Origin: Camelus ferus
Lineage: Eukaryota
DNA: 64,000 nucleotides
Assembly (NCBI RefSeq): GCF_009834535.1
Contig: NC_045696.1
Location: forward strand, 77,750,001 to 77,814,000
Reading direction: 5' to 3'
This document shows positions 26,506-40,451 of this stretch, piece after piece. Position 1 is the first letter of the stretch, and each line of letters begins with the position of its first letter. The notes below the pieces were generated by a model that did no database searches, had not been told where the DNA came from, and saw only the letters and a program-made list of their open reading frames with translations. A program made the position numbers and the translations under genes.

Positions 26506-28046
26506 AAATATTGTTACTGCCATTTAGTAACAATCTTGACCAAGGGACTGAACCTCGGATCATTAGCACTGTCATTGGACAGCGGAATTGATGATTCCTA
26601 TGTGACAAAATTTCAAATAAGTATGTTGTGTAGAATATAAATCTCTTCATAAATGTTTGTCATAGTATAGTACCCACGTGCCAGTGTAAATTTGTCAGCG
26701 GTAATTTTTAAAGCTCACATTTCAGAAGCACTGTTAGACGGGTACAAGGCTTGCTGTTACATTATCACTATCAACACCACACCACTGAGGGTATTACAGA
26801 GATGTTCCATCAAGGCAGTAACACCCGCACTCCAGGCCTTCACACACTGTTGAATAAAACTATCCAAACAATCAATGTAACCTCAAATGTGTTTCAACTT
26901 ATAAAACATTGAGTCATTAACCTTAACAATGTCAGTGTGCTCCTACTACAAACTCAACTAAATGGGTGTCCAGAGGAATATTTAAGAGTACAATTCATGG
27001 AAGGCATTACCAAAGCCTGATGGGGGAATGACCCTTGAGTGTGCAGTGAAGGACTAAGTAACTCGAAACGGCGAGAAAGAAAGTAGACGTATGGAAGGAA
27101 CAGGCTCCATACATGAGGATATGCCGTCTCTGCTCTCAGAGTAGCCAATGCCGAGCAGTAGGAGGTGAGCCAAACCGTCTGTTGGCCTGTGGGGTAACAG
27201 GGAAACTTCCATACTGGGAGTCCTGTTATTTGTCTCGTGACTGTCACTTAATAGGAGTTTGACCTCTGTCTCAGTCTCCTTGTCCACAAGAAGGTCAAAT
27301 GATCCCTACCTAAACAGCACTGAGGTCATTACAGGAGATAAGGAAAAAGGCCTTGAATGATACAGAAAACGAAGAAACCAAGGTTATTATTAACATTAGG
27401 AAAGTGGAAATACCTGAACGAAACACCAGCTTTTGTCATGTTCACACACCGCTTCTCATTTCAGGCTTAAGGGATCAAGTAGCATTTAAAAAATATCTTA
27501 GACTATTTTTTGGACCCCACTGTGGTGTGAGAGGGAAAAATCCTTACTGGTCACAATCCTCTGATATAGTGTGATGGGTAGCAATCTTTTCATTCTGCTG
27601 TGTCATTCGCTGTGCATGTATTTTATGCTTATAGGGTCACATAGGAGAGGGAGATCATTTAAGCCCATTTCTCCTGCAAAGCTTTGGTAATTTGTTAAAT
27701 ATTCAGTATCTAAGAGCATTAAAACTAATCAGGCTTGACATTATCTGTAGATATTAGCTATTTTACTATGCCCCTCATTTTGACTAATAGAAAACAGATA
27801 GTATACATACACCCATCTATGTACATATAGACATGTACTCAGATATGTATTGATACACACAGGCACACAGAGATGGAAACAAGGTAGTGCTCATGTTCTT
27901 GAATAGCATGGTTCTTCAAAGAAGGTATTACAAATATCTGTTCATTATAGCATAATTAGAGCTAAAGTTTACTGAGCATTTATTACGTGCCAGGAAATAC
28001 ACAAACCTCTCTCTCTCTAAATGTAGATATTGATCTCTCTATAATC

Positions 28047-28269
28047 CAGTGATTCTCAACTGTGGATGAGGGGGCATTTAGCAATATGCAGGGGCATTTA
28101 GCAATACGTGGAGACATTTTTGGTTGTCACAACTGAGAGGAGGATCACTATACTGGCCTTTAGGAACCAGAGGCCAGAGATGTTGCTCAAAATTCTTCAA
28201 AGTACAGGACAGCCCCCTACAACAAAGAACTGGCACAAAGTATCATAGTGTTCAGGTTGAGAAACCCTG
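28047..28269 (+). mobile_element. MER20 (hAT-Charlie) with an internal 20-bp-period duplication, inserted into a MIR (about 27960-28440)
   Basis: TIRs cagtgattctcaac / gttgagaaaccctg; core ggagacatttttggttgtcacaactg…gaggccagagatgttgct…caggacagccccctacaacaaagaa. Confidence 0.85.
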
Positions 28270-29969
28270 ATAACCCTGACATAATATTCAATGTAACCAT
28301 GAGATGGGTAACATTATTACTCTCATTTTATAGATAAGAGTATAGCTCCAAGAAATTAGCTTGCAAAAGGTAACAAGCCAATAAGAAACAAGTTTGAGAT
28401 GCAAATCCAGAGAGCCTGACTCCAAAAACCACACTCTTATGCATAAACTTATTCCTACTAACAGATCTTAACAGCATTCCATACTTTAGCTGGAATCAGA
28501 TATATTCTTACAATGCTGATTAAGTATGAGACTTCACAGAAAACCTCACCTTTGATGTCCATAGTAGGGTTTTTCCCTAACAGATTAATGGAGTAAAAGT
28601 CCCAAACAAAAGGGGAAATGAGCAAATTGCTGATAAGGATTCAGTGATTCAAAGTTCAAGTATGTTGTACCCTTTGCTTTCATAGAGATGGGAAACTTGC
28701 TTTGAAAAGTGCTAATGAGAGTTGAAAGTTACCTTCAAGAAGTTATGCATATTTCAAAAGAAATAAAAGTCATTATGCATTCTCTCTAAAGAGGACACAA
28801 TCTCAAACTGTCAAACCCTAAACTCTTCTACATATATTACATATAAATGTCATCTTTTAAAAACCTCTTCCCATTTTTTCTTCTAAATTAGCTTAGTGGG
28901 CCATGGTATTACAGTGTGTTGGTCTGGCCTGTGAATAATGTGACAGGTAATTTTTCCACTTCTTCTTGCCTGTAGTTAAGTTTGACTGAAGATACGGAAA
29001 ACAACTTTTATGACTTAGGTGGTAAAAATAAATGTTCTGTAAGCTGTACAGAGCTAGGTTCCGGACAGCCAGCATAAAATATTGCATACTGAATTTATAA
29101 CTGCCAATAAATAATTTTTAAAAAACTAGGGACATTTTATACTAATGTACACTAAAATATTTTCTCAAAGCAAATTGATAATGTTAGCAATAATCTCAAA
29201 ATACCTGTCATATTACTGCAAAGTATGTTTCTCAACACCAAAAAAGCATTCTACTTGGATGTGTTCAAAAGATGAATACAGCAAATAAATAACATTCAAA
29301 ACTGGCTAACACTAATTTTAAGGATTCATTCTCTGTGATAAAGAGCTGGCAACATTTGAAAAATGTCACAGAAATAATAATCTATTCTTATCTCTAGAAC
29401 AGATAAGGACACATCTTCTGCAAGAGACCATGATTGCAAACAACATGAAAATTCTCTCCAAGATAGTATAATTTAGCTTCGTTTAGTTTATAATGATTGT
29501 GATTAAATCTAAACTATTACGAGCAAGCCACCATCTGGAACCATAGCAAATCAAGATTCTATTTTCTTTGATGACCAATCACAGAAAGCTTATGCAGACT
29601 TCTACTTTGCAATATTGTATAGTAATGTGATTAGATAATCATGCAGATCAATGAACCCAGCTAACTGGAACTAAACAAATGTACAATGTGTCACTTGGAA
29701 ATACTTCAGTATTTTATCAGGGCCTCCTCACCCAAACTGCTAAAGTTATTTTAAAACAACAGGATTTAAATTTGATATCAAGCATTCTGAATCCACACAA
29801 AAAGCTAGAAAAGGGGGAATGGAAAAGTTAGACATTTTACATGTAGTTTGTAGGGATCAAACGAACACTTTCAGGAGTAAACAAATAGCAACATAGTCAA
29901 GTAAGAACCTACAAATTGATTTCCTTAAAAAAAAATCTCTGCAGTATATATAGTTGATATCTTACTGTC

Positions 29970-30411
29970 TGTTTTGGGTTGAACTGTATCTCCTAAAAAG
30001 ATTTTAAAGTCTTAATCCCTGGTGCCTCTGAACGTGACTTTATTGGGAAATAGAGTCTGTAGATGATCAGGTTAAGACAAGGTTATTAGAGTAAGCTCTA
30101 ATCCAATAGAATTGTGTCCTTATTAAAAGGGGAAATTTAGACATAAAGACAGACACAATGAGAAACCCACATGAAGACTGGAACTAGGCTGCCACAAGCC
30201 AAAGAAAGCCAAGTGTTGCCAGCAATCTACCAGAAGCAAAGAGAGAGACAAGGAACGAATTATTTTTCAGAACTGCCAGAATAAACCAACCCTATCTACA
30301 GACACCTCAATCTTGACTTCTAGCATCCACAATCATGAGACAATATGTTTTTGTTGTTTAAACCACCCAGTTGGTGGTATTTTGTTATGGTCGCCCCAAG
30401 AAACGAATCCA
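29970..30411 (+). mobile_element. MaLR solo LTR (MLT1C-like)
   Basis: tgttttgggttgaactgt…tgtccttattaaaaggggaaattt…gccacaagccaaagaa…tgttgtttaaaccacccagtt…aaacgaatcca; TSD ctgtc/ctgtt. Confidence 0.85.
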
Positions 30412-33199
30412 CTGTTTCAATACGGATTCATCTATTTCACGGTACTGTTTCATGGTTCTACACCCTCGGTATAAATGCAGTATGTAGAGATGGTGAGCAC
30501 AGAATCTGTAGCCTCAACTAGCATAAAATACTATTAGGGAAAAAAAAAAGAATGCAAATTACTTCAAGGCATTACCCTGTTAGATGTCATGAGAATAATA
30601 AAAAGCAATAGTTGTGTTTTAGGGAAAGACTGTATTACTTGCAGGACCATTAAGAATTGTTCACTGGAAAATATGCGAAAGTTGTTAAGCAAAGGAGAGG
30701 AATGGGGAAAATGGGCATAATCAAAGCAGCTTTTTAGGAGGTTAGTTTCTGAGCAGTTTGCAGGATGAAATGGTGGGCAGAAAGACTCCAAATTAGGAAA
30801 CAAAAGTCCAATGTGCTGGAATAATGAATGGCGTGAATTAGGCAACAATTATTAGAGATTAAATGACAGCAATGAAATACATTATCAGAAAAAAATAAAT
30901 TGAACTCAGCAATTGAGTGGTTGGCAAAAATAGGAGTCAGAATAATTGAGTGGGGTGTGAAGAAGAAAAACAGTCTGCAGTAATTTCAAGAATTAGAGCT
31001 TGGGTGGATGGGCATGTGGCTATGTTCTGGTCAGGTAGTATTAAGTCTGGATTCCGAATTAAAAGGATGTTGTCATACAGAAATGCCTTTATAAATGAAT
31101 GATTCCAGGAACTGACACTGAATATTGCTATAGAAGAACTGCACACACTCGGGGTGCTGTCACTTTAACCTCCAGAGAGGCACAGGGGTTTGCAGACTTG
31201 TAAGACCTGCTCTTTTGAATTTTCTCTGATTTATCAGCTGACAGGTACAGGATCAGATTTTATTTTTCCCCCATAGCATTCTTCAGATTTACTTTATCTA
31301 TGGTGTGTGCCTCCGTATTTCATAAAGTGTCCAAGAATCTATGGCAATGTTAAAATATTTTAAAATATATATGTAAATTGTAAGAAAATAAATATAATGA
31401 AAATTTTAAATGAATCACTCTGCTGTGGCTCAGATACCTTACTAGCTACAAAATCACTTGGCATTGAGCCTTGGCTTCTTTTTATTGCCATTTGTTTGTT
31501 TATGCTCATGCCTGCGCACTCTAAAGAGATTATGAATCCCTTGAGCACCATGGATTGTATCATAGCTTTATCTGCTCTCAATGCATAGCATAGTGTTCTG
31601 CACAGAGTTTGTGCTCAATTAAATTTAATTGATGATGATGATGAATATTTTTAAGGAAAAGAGGGCTTAAATTACTTTCCTGTTACTATTATATATTTGT
31701 GCCTTTCCAAGATTTCGCCTCTCTGAAATATTTTTCACCAACATAAACAAATCTAACAAATGTTTTTAGAGAAACTTCTAGGCCTATAAATCTGGCATTT
31801 CTTTTGGCATCAGAATTATAGCTATTGTTTAAAATAAGCTAAATTCCATTCTTCATTTTCAGAAAAATGCTTTCTATTACATATGAAAACACAGACAGAA
31901 TCCAATAATAAAACAGATAAAAATAGAGATATCATGAACAGCACTGAGATTTGGAAAGCGATACCTTCCACCTCCACCCTCACTCCCACCCACCACCCAT
32001 CCACCCATGATGAAGTGTCGTTTCTCCTGTGGCACCTCTTGAAAAATGACATCAGAGAATGATAGAGTGCAATGTGGGACAAATCTATTTTTCTGTTGCC
32101 TTACAGGTTAATCATAGTGTAGTAACAGCACCAGCTATTTGAAGGGGTGGCATGCCCACTAGACAGAGACATTAATCATGCCCTGGGCCTCTTAACAACC
32201 TGCACCCCCTCCCCATCCCTAAGCACACACATATACCTGTGTTCAGTACTAAAAGCAAATACCTATAACTTTTAAATTATGACCTTGGAATCATTAAACA
32301 TTGATTTATGTACATGTTTAACTCCAGTTCTTTCACTGTCCCCTCTCTCCCACCCTCTTAGGAACTATGATGACCTTGTTGAAGGAATCAAATATGATTA
32401 CTTCCTTGCAACAGTTTGGAATAATATATTCAGACTTTTATAAGGCAATCTCTGACACCTGTCAACCTAGTTGTCAGACTCTTTCTATTTTCCAGCTTCA
32501 ACACACCAAGTGCTTTAAAGCTCCTTGAAGTTCAGTTTTCAAAATGTGAGTATGTTGATCTGCAGAAAGATTCAGGCCTTGGCAAACCTGAACATAGGCT
32601 CCTTTTAGAATATCATCCTGGGATGGATTATTAAATTAATTACAAACTTATAATGTCTTAGAGTAGATCCTCCAGTTAACATATGTGCCATATTATTTCT
32701 GTTTTTATACCATGGAGAGGATTTAATAATTTTGATCAATGCTAATATGTTCATTTCCAAATACAGACTCTACATTGGATATCCTTGCAAAATATTTTAA
32801 TAACTCAGTAAATTAATATTGAATAAGTTAATATAAGAGAAATCAATTAAAATAATGGATAGCAAGTTTACCAAGCACATGGGTAAAGATTTTTTTTTTT
32901 AATGCACACCATTGGCAAGAGTGAGATTAAAAAACATGCTCTTCCTTAAAGGTTTGAAAATGTACCATCATTCAGCAAAGTCTTTTCAGCCTGAGGTTGA
33001 AAATATTCATACTTTAACCCAAACTTTATGACTAGAAGTGTACCCCAGAAGAATCAGTGAGAGGAACAAATATCAAGTTTAAAAATGTTCCACAAAAGAT
33101 TACCTATAAGAACAGAACAATGCAGGTAAACCTAATATCCAATAGTAGGTAAATAGCTGCATTAATTATCATATAATTATACTATGGATTATTACGTTT

Positions 33200-33370
33200 T
33201 ATGATGCTTTTAATATATTATTAAATTTGTTTTGCCAATACTTTGCTGAGGATCTTGACATCTATATCCATCAGAGATACTAGCCGATAATTTTCTTTTT
33301 TTGTAGTGCCTTTGGTTTTGCTATGAGGGTAACAGTGGCCACATAGAATTAATTTGGGGGTGTTCCCTCC
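33200..33370 (-). mobile_element. Isolated internal L1 ORF2 fragment (start of the RT region) inside a plus-strand L1ME-like relic (about 32860-33500)
   Basis: Minus strand translates approximately as …PN*FYVATVTLIAKP…ENYRLVSLMDIDVKILSKVLA, matching the L1 ORF2 motif [21 protein letters not shown]. Confidence 0.8.
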
Positions 33371-34599
33371 AATGATTATTTTTTAAAACAATATGAGAAA
33401 CTACATTATCTTAAATAAATAAGAACAATATATACACAGCATGATCAACATTTGATGGAAACAGGAAGGAAGAAAAAAAGGACGGAATTAAGGTTTTTAA
33501 GTACACAGTAGCTATAATCAAAGTACTAATTAAAAAACAGTGTCCATCTACAAACGTAAAACTATCAATAACTATGTTTTGAGCAAAGAGTAGAACTATT
33601 ATGCTTTCTGGTATAATATTTTATTGATATTATGCTACTTGGCAGGTTTCTCTTTGCAAGATACAACCAAAAGGACTGTTGCTACTAATAAAATATAAGA
33701 AAACTGAATTAATACTGACTAAATTCTTAACCAACATTCCTTACTTTCTTTCCAGTTTTCTGACTTGAGTTTTAGTTCAGAATTTGTATTTCTCTCACTA
33801 AAAATCAAACACAGAAATTCTAATGGTCCTCTGTTAAAAAAAACATCCAAATATATTACTTTTGCTCAAAATATTGCTCAAAATATTTTGGTTTGCATAC
33901 ACACTACTTGGGGCTCATCACATATTCAGAGTTTTACTTCTCAGAGTAGCACGTGGTCATAATCTTTAAAATGGAATAGATGGCAGAGAGCATTTGAAAC
34001 CTGCCCAGAGGTTCCATCATGTATTCCTTTGATTAGAAAGTGTTCTAAAATTAACTCTTGCTTTAAAATACATCTCCCAGACACTGCCTCCTTAACTGAA
34101 GATTCTTTATTTTGACAATGTCTTTTTACACCTCTTTAGGCTTGAAATTTTAGAGCATACTGTTAGTCGTATTCTGGAAGTAATTTGCTGTATTAAGTAC
34201 CTCATAGCCTCAAAGTCACAACCATTGAATAGCAACATCTTTTAGAATCCAAGTCAGGTCAATACCCAGCTGATACTGCCAATGATCCTATAATAATTGG
34301 TTCAGTCTCAAGTTTTCTTAGCAACTAATCTTAGTTAACAGACTCAAGGCGTTTGAGCAGGTTTATTTAAGAATATTTATCTGTCCTACACCAGGACTAC
34401 CTATAGTTTGGCATACCCAGTGTTCTAGTATATAGTAATTTGTATTTCCAAGGTCTTTGCATTTTATATCAACACAGACAGATGAGTCCAATCAGGTTCC
34501 AGGACTTTCTTTCTAGATCAAGTTCTCACTACCCTGAGCTCTAGAATCTCAGAATTCCCTGCTCACATGGTCCCAGATCTGCTTCCAGGGATTGGGCAG

Positions 34600-35050
34600 C
34601 CCTCTTTTTCAGGTCCATCATTTCCAGGGAAGACTGTGCTTCCAGTGTGTGGCCATAGCAAGTAAGTGAGGAGAAGCTACTTATGGGTGTGACGACTGTG
34701 CACAGAATTGCAGACCAGGGTGTCCACACACATGCACAAAGGCCCCTTATGGTGTGAGACAGAGTCAAGGTGGGCAGAAAAAGAAGAGTTATGTCAAGGG
34801 TCAAGGGGCAAAGACTGGAGATCAGCTCTTCCCTGTCACCCCACTTTGGCATAGGATTCTCAGGAGTCTGAGGACATTAAATTCAAACCTTTCTTCCTGA
34901 TAACTTTAGACATGTATTTGTCAAACCAGAAGGAAAAGAGCATTTTTATTTAACAGATTTTTTTAGTTTGATTTATAATAATTAACCTAGTATTTAGCCA
35001 TATGGTATAATGGCCTCCATTTATACAATTGCCTCATCGTGTTAGGAAAA
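34600..35050. mobile_element. hAT-Tip100-type DNA transposon relic (MER115-like)
   Basis: taaattcaaacct…tatttgtcaa…tttatttaacaga…tagtttgatttataa…tatttagccatatggtat…ggcctccattt resembles the recalled consensus. Confidence 0.45.
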
Positions 35051-37329
35051 AGACTTCACTTATAAGCAAATTAAAGACATCAAGTTGGCTGAAACAGGCT
35101 AAATTTGAGCATCAACCAAAAAACAAAGTAAATAGACTGGGGAAGCAAACGAAGTGGGAGTAGAAAAGTACACAGAAAAGGCAAGAGATTAACAAAAAGA
35201 AGGGAAGGCTACGAAGAGTAAGACCATGTGTGCAGGAAAAGGTAAGAGAAGCCAGACTGAAAAAGAGAGGGAAGAGAAAGTTGAGGAAAGAAGCGAGAGA
35301 AAGAGCGTAACATACAGAAAAAGAGTTTAGAAGAGCTGCAGACAGAAGTGAACAGCTGCAAGCAGGGAGGAGTCAGTCTGTACTCACTCTTCTTAACTCC
35401 TTCAGTCAAATATGGAATCCCTCTAGGCTACTGCTTCCTCTTACTGCAGAGAAACGGATTAAACTACCTGGGGTCAATGATCTGTGTTTCTCTAAAGGTC
35501 AGTGAATCTATGAATGCTTCTTTTCAATCAGTCCATCAGACAGTCTGGGCCAGACACATCGCTGGACCCAGCACTCTCAGGGGACCATCCTCTCACCAAA
35601 GAAGCTCCTGATCTCATTCTGACCACTTGGATTGTCCAAAATCACCCATGAAGAGGTGAGAGTCTGCAAACCAAAGACAGTCAGTGGAGTCACCATTACT
35701 AACCTGAGCCATGTGCCCAGACGGGAAGAAGTACTTTGAATTTAACCTTAATATTTTGCCATGATCAATGTCCTAATCTAATTTTATTGTTTCAAAGACT
35801 AGGTCCCAGCAACACTGACACAAATTTTCTTAAATTCAACTTTCATGTACACACACATACACACGTCATAAGTTAAAAATTCTCTAAACATGGAATATGT
35901 GTAAAATTTCTAATGTTCTGATAAGAATTATCAATAAATAAAAATAAAGTGATGAGATTTAAAGAAAAACTGAAAATGACCTTGTGCATAAAGCTACAGT
36001 TATTTTTTCCTACATTGCCCACATACCAGTACCACATAAATACTACACTATGTAGACTTAAAATGTTCTTCACTGATAAGAGAAAATTGGGTCAGAATAA
36101 TTTCAATGCTAAAGCTATTGACAAAGAGACTGTAGAAATCGAAACACTAATAAATAATTTGTTCCCTTTTAGAATTTTCTCCATTCATTTAAAATCACAG
36201 GGACGTGAGCATCGTGAAAGGAGTCTGAAGACAACTACAGCTCTCTGGAGACGAACATAAAAGCCAGAGCTTTCATGAGGAAGCAGTAGCAATCTTTACA
36301 AGCTAAGTGGCCTTGGCATCAATTGTGTTTTCACTTTTTAGTATTTATGAGACTCCAAGGCCTATTGTTGTTGCTTTCCTTGTAGTTTCGATAGAAACAT
36401 TTGCTTAATAAAAAAAAAACAGATAAAACTATAAGCCTCTGTGTGACACACAATAAGCTATGAAACAGATGTAGAAGACCTGAAACTCCAGATGCAACTG
36501 AAGTTGGATGAAGAAGTTGTGGAGAGACAGGGGAAGAAATAACATTCAGGCCACAGCCACCATCCACAGCTATGTGAGCCCTAGATATGCCATTTCCTTC
36601 TGACAGTTACAGTTAGAGCATATGGTTACCAATACTGCTCTTAACATTTTAATTATTCATTTAAAAAAGTCATCTAAATTAGTCCCCGCAATGGTTTTGG
36701 ATGTCAAAATATTCTACTTAAAGGAATGTGGCATTATCATTGAAATTAGAAGAGACAAACTTATCCATCTCCTCATCTTCCAAAATTACCTTGGAAATAA
36801 AATTACGAAACAGGGGATGGAATAACACAACATATTAAAGCTACGAGCCTTCATATTAAATGGATAATTAAAATATCATGTTACAAAGGAAACAACAGAT
36901 GAGCGAATCATCTTCACATCTTTATTTTTTAAACTTAGGAAACTAATTACTTATGTTTAGAGTAGTTAGATTTTATCCTATCTTTCTTATCATGCTTTTT
37001 AATCCATTCCCTTATATTTGTTTAAAATGTAAATTCTGGATAGCTTAGACTCTAATTATAGACTCTATTTGTTTTGTAAAAGAATACAGAAACTACTGTA
37101 AGTGAACATTAATATCAGTTTTGCCATTATGTGTAAATTATGGCTCATTTTAAATTTTGTTAAGAAATCTTACCCACTTACAGCTGTTCCTTAACTTTGA
37201 CAGTCATCAAAGCTGAAATATTTAGAACCTTTGCAAAGGAAACTATGAAAAATAGGAATGAGTACCACAGCATTATACACTGCATTCTGGAAGCAGTGGG
37301 AGATGGAAAGCATTTTAAAATGATGTCAC

Positions 37330-37683
37330 GGGGCTGAGCCAAGATGGCGGAGAAGAGGGACTCACAGCTCGCCCTCTCCCACAAATACACCAAGAATTAC
37401 GTCTACAAACCCACTGAATCGCACAGAACACCTACTGAACTCTGGCAGAGTGTCTCTCGCTTTGAAATACAGGAGGAGTCTCACAAAATCTGATAAACAA
37501 GTTCATACTGTATAGCACAGGGAACTGTATTCAATGCCTTGTAGTAATTTATGGTAAAAAAAATATGAAAAGGAATATATGTATGTTCATGTATGACTGA
37601 AGCATTGTGCTGTACACCAGAAATTGACACAATGTTGTAAACTAACTATACTTCAATAAAAATACATACATTAAAAATTAAAA
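37330..37683 (+). mobile_element. Bipartite L1: about 163 bp of L1 5' UTR head joined directly to about 190 bp of L1 3' UTR and tail
   Basis: Begins ggggctgagcCAAGATGGCGG (L1 5'-end YY1 motif) and switches at 37492/37493 to ataaacaag…tgtatagcacagggaactgtattcaat…cttcAATAAA. TT/AAAA site with candidate TSD taaaatga (37316-37323 / 37684-37691). Confidence 0.85.
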
Positions 37684-37699
37684 TAAAATGACTTAGAAA

Positions 37700-37965
37700 C
37701 AGCCTAAGCATAGGGAAAAGAGCCCAGAAACCTGGTGCTAGAGTGCCAGGTTTGAATCCAAATTCCATCACTTAATAGATGTGTCATATTGGCCAAGTTA
37801 CCTGACAGCTCTGTGCCTCAGTTTCCTCTTTAGTGAGAGAAGTAATACTAGTACCTTCCTCGTAAGTACCAGTTATAAGTACCTGAATTACATTAAATGC
37901 ATTAGTAAGTTTAAAGGATTTAGAACAAAACAATATCTACCACAAATGTTACACGAATAGTTGTT
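37700..37965 (+). mobile_element. MIR SINE
   Basis: ggtttgaatccaaattccatcacttaatagatgtgtcatattggccaagttacctgacagctctgtgcctcagtttcctc. Confidence 0.8.
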
Positions 37966-38744
37966 AATATCATTTTCCTTGACACTACTGTGCCTCTGTC
38001 CATCACTTCACCCTACATTAGAAGCCCTCCTAGCTGGTATGATTTGTCCCAGTGATTGGCAGGATAATTATCTAGAAGTCAGTTCAAATAAGTAATCAGT
38101 AAAACAACAAACAAAAACTACATATATAAAATGTCATATGTTAATTTAAAACCTATGTGTGCATGTTTATTGGCCAATATTTTGATGTACAGCTAAGGCC
38201 TTTTCTCTGATACTGATCTGTTGAACAAAGGTCCATTCTTTCTTTCTTGTCCTATATATTACCTACATTTCAAGTTGCCTTCTATTTAAAATGGAATTAT
38301 GAAAGATGTTTTTGAAGTATACTGAGCACAGAATGCATCTAGATGACTACAATTTCCCCCATCTTTGAGAGTTGCCTGGTCCATTTTATATCAATTCTTT
38401 ATTAGCAACTCACCTTTCAGAGTGTTATCACTATAGGTTTGTAAGAAGTCATTTTTTTTACACTGATGACTTAAAATTTGATGTAACAATTAAATTACCT
38501 AACTACTAAAAACAAATACAAAGGGCACATATAGACCTGAGAATAGAGTGGACTCCAGGCAAGTATACCATTGAAAGTGAGAACAAAGCATGAAAAAGTC
38601 AGAAGGATCTCACCACAATGAGCTTCAGGGAGCCTTGAGCACTAGTCATTGTGTTTCAAGGGAATGAAAATTGTCAGTGAATCCCACAAATTGGTTAAGT
38701 GGAAGTCTGTTTAGAGAATGTCTGCTGTACTTAATTTTTTTATT

Positions 38745-38885
38745 GTTTACATGTCTGAATCCCAATCTAGACTGTGACCCCTGTGAAGGAACGAGGGCAT
38801 GATTTACTCATCTTTGTATTTCTAACAAAGTGCCAGATCACAGCAAGTGCTTAATAGCTGCTGGCTAAATTAATAAATGTGTTAA
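38745..38885 (+). mobile_element. L2 3' end
   Basis: ctagactgtgacccctgtgaagg…catctttgtatttcta…agtgccagatcacagcaagtgcttaata. Confidence 0.6.
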
Positions 38886-39663
38886 AATTAACCAATATCT
38901 GAATAAATCACATCTGGAGTTGCCCTACGTTCTTAACTTAAATGTTGTCAAATTTATAACTTGGTCTCTCATTAAACCCATTGTAAGTACTGAAATTATC
39001 ACAAACTTCGTGATGAAAAAAGTCCCATCATAACAGAGATGATCACAAAATAATCCCTGAAAATAGTATTAGAGTTAAAATATACTGCATATGCTATACG
39101 TTTTGATCCACTGATTACAGGCATTCAGAATAAATGTTCTTATTTAGAGGTCCAAGCAAGGACAAGTGCTTGGGGAAATCTGCCCTTCTTGCAGCCATTT
39201 CAAAATATTAGGCAATTTGAAATATGATCTTTTGAATTACCCACTTGAGTCTTAAGAGTTTCTCCATTCTTTGTATTTCCAATACCTGTCTCATATTTCA
39301 ATTTCTTGTGTTTACTCCTCAGGCTCTTGGAAGCATACGGCAGCTTTAATAGCCCTCCCTCTGTGACAGGCATTTCATATACTGTACAATCAAAGCTTTT
39401 CAAGTCCGCTCTATAACTGCTGATTTGTTGATTGGGGTTTAACCTTCTCTTTTAAAAGAAGGCTTCTAAGCAGCAGAATTCTTTGTAGTCACAGTTTATG
39501 AGAGTGTTATATTCCCTACTTCATGTTGTTTGTCAGGTGAATGGGACAGCAATACTCAAAGACTACCGGAAAAGATAAACACAGGTTTATACAGAATCAC
39601 AGTTCAAATCCTCATAACAGGGCAAAGTTGAACAGCTTGTCAGATACTATGAAGAATAAAGCA

Positions 39664-39805
39664 CGGTCACCTTTCAGTATCTTTGGACCCCCACCACGGA
39701 TACCAAAATGTGTGGATGATCAAGCCCTTTACACAAAATGGCATAATAAATCCAGTTGGCCTTCCTTATCTGCAGGTTCTGTGTGTGGATACAGGGAACC
39801 TACTG
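39664..39805. mobile_element. MER2/Tigger-type miniature element
   Basis: Degenerate TIRs cggtcacctttcagtatc / gatacagggaacctactg; internal cacggataccaaaat…ggatgatcaagccctttacacaaaatggcata. Confidence 0.6.
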
Positions 39806-39837
39806 CAGAACAGTTTAACCAAGGCCATTTCCCCAAA

Positions 39838-40451
39838 TAGCACCTCTCCAAATGTGATCCAGAGATCAGCAAGGGTCCCTGACACCAAACCCGTTTTCAT
39901 AGTAATAGTGACACCACATGCCCTCTTCACTTGCATTTTCACTCTACATTCACAAGTGTCCAGGTACAAAATTAATATGGTTTCAGATTCCACACTGAAA
40001 CTCACCTTTAGGAAACTAACGTTTGTCATGTTTTAGTGTATTACCAAAGAAAAATGTCCATCATTATACGAAAAGACTATTAGACCAGATTTCATTCACA
40101 TATTTCCACCAAAACAACCTATTACAACAGAACAAATGCAGAAATAGATATGAAAATCCAGACGTAGTATTCAGTCACATTAAAGAGATTCGCAAAATGT
40201 AAAACAGCGCCCCTCTCCTTATTTATGTGTTCTTGCCTTGGGAAATATAATGACCTTCTGTAAAAATAAGTCACTTATATTAATTTGTAACAAATGTATT
40301 ATTGATATATTAAATTAATAAATGTTATATTTCTTCAGTTTTAAATTCTAATATGGTAAATATTTACACATAAACAAAAAGTTCTTTTCTTTGGAGTGTT
40401 CAATACCTCTAGAGGGCAAATGGGTTTTTAGAACAAAATGTTTGAAAACCT
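39838..40451 (+). mobile_element. Charlie1-like hAT DNA transposon derivative
   Basis: ccaaaacaacctattacaacagaacaaatgcagaaatagatatgaaaatccag…cattaaagagattcgcaaaatgtaaaaca…cagttttaaattctaatatggtaaatat…tttgaaaacc. Confidence 0.7.

Noticed and set aside
39541..40036. Overlapping 87-117 aa ORFs
   Set aside because: Overlap MER2/Tigger and Charlie relics; no recognisable protein motif.
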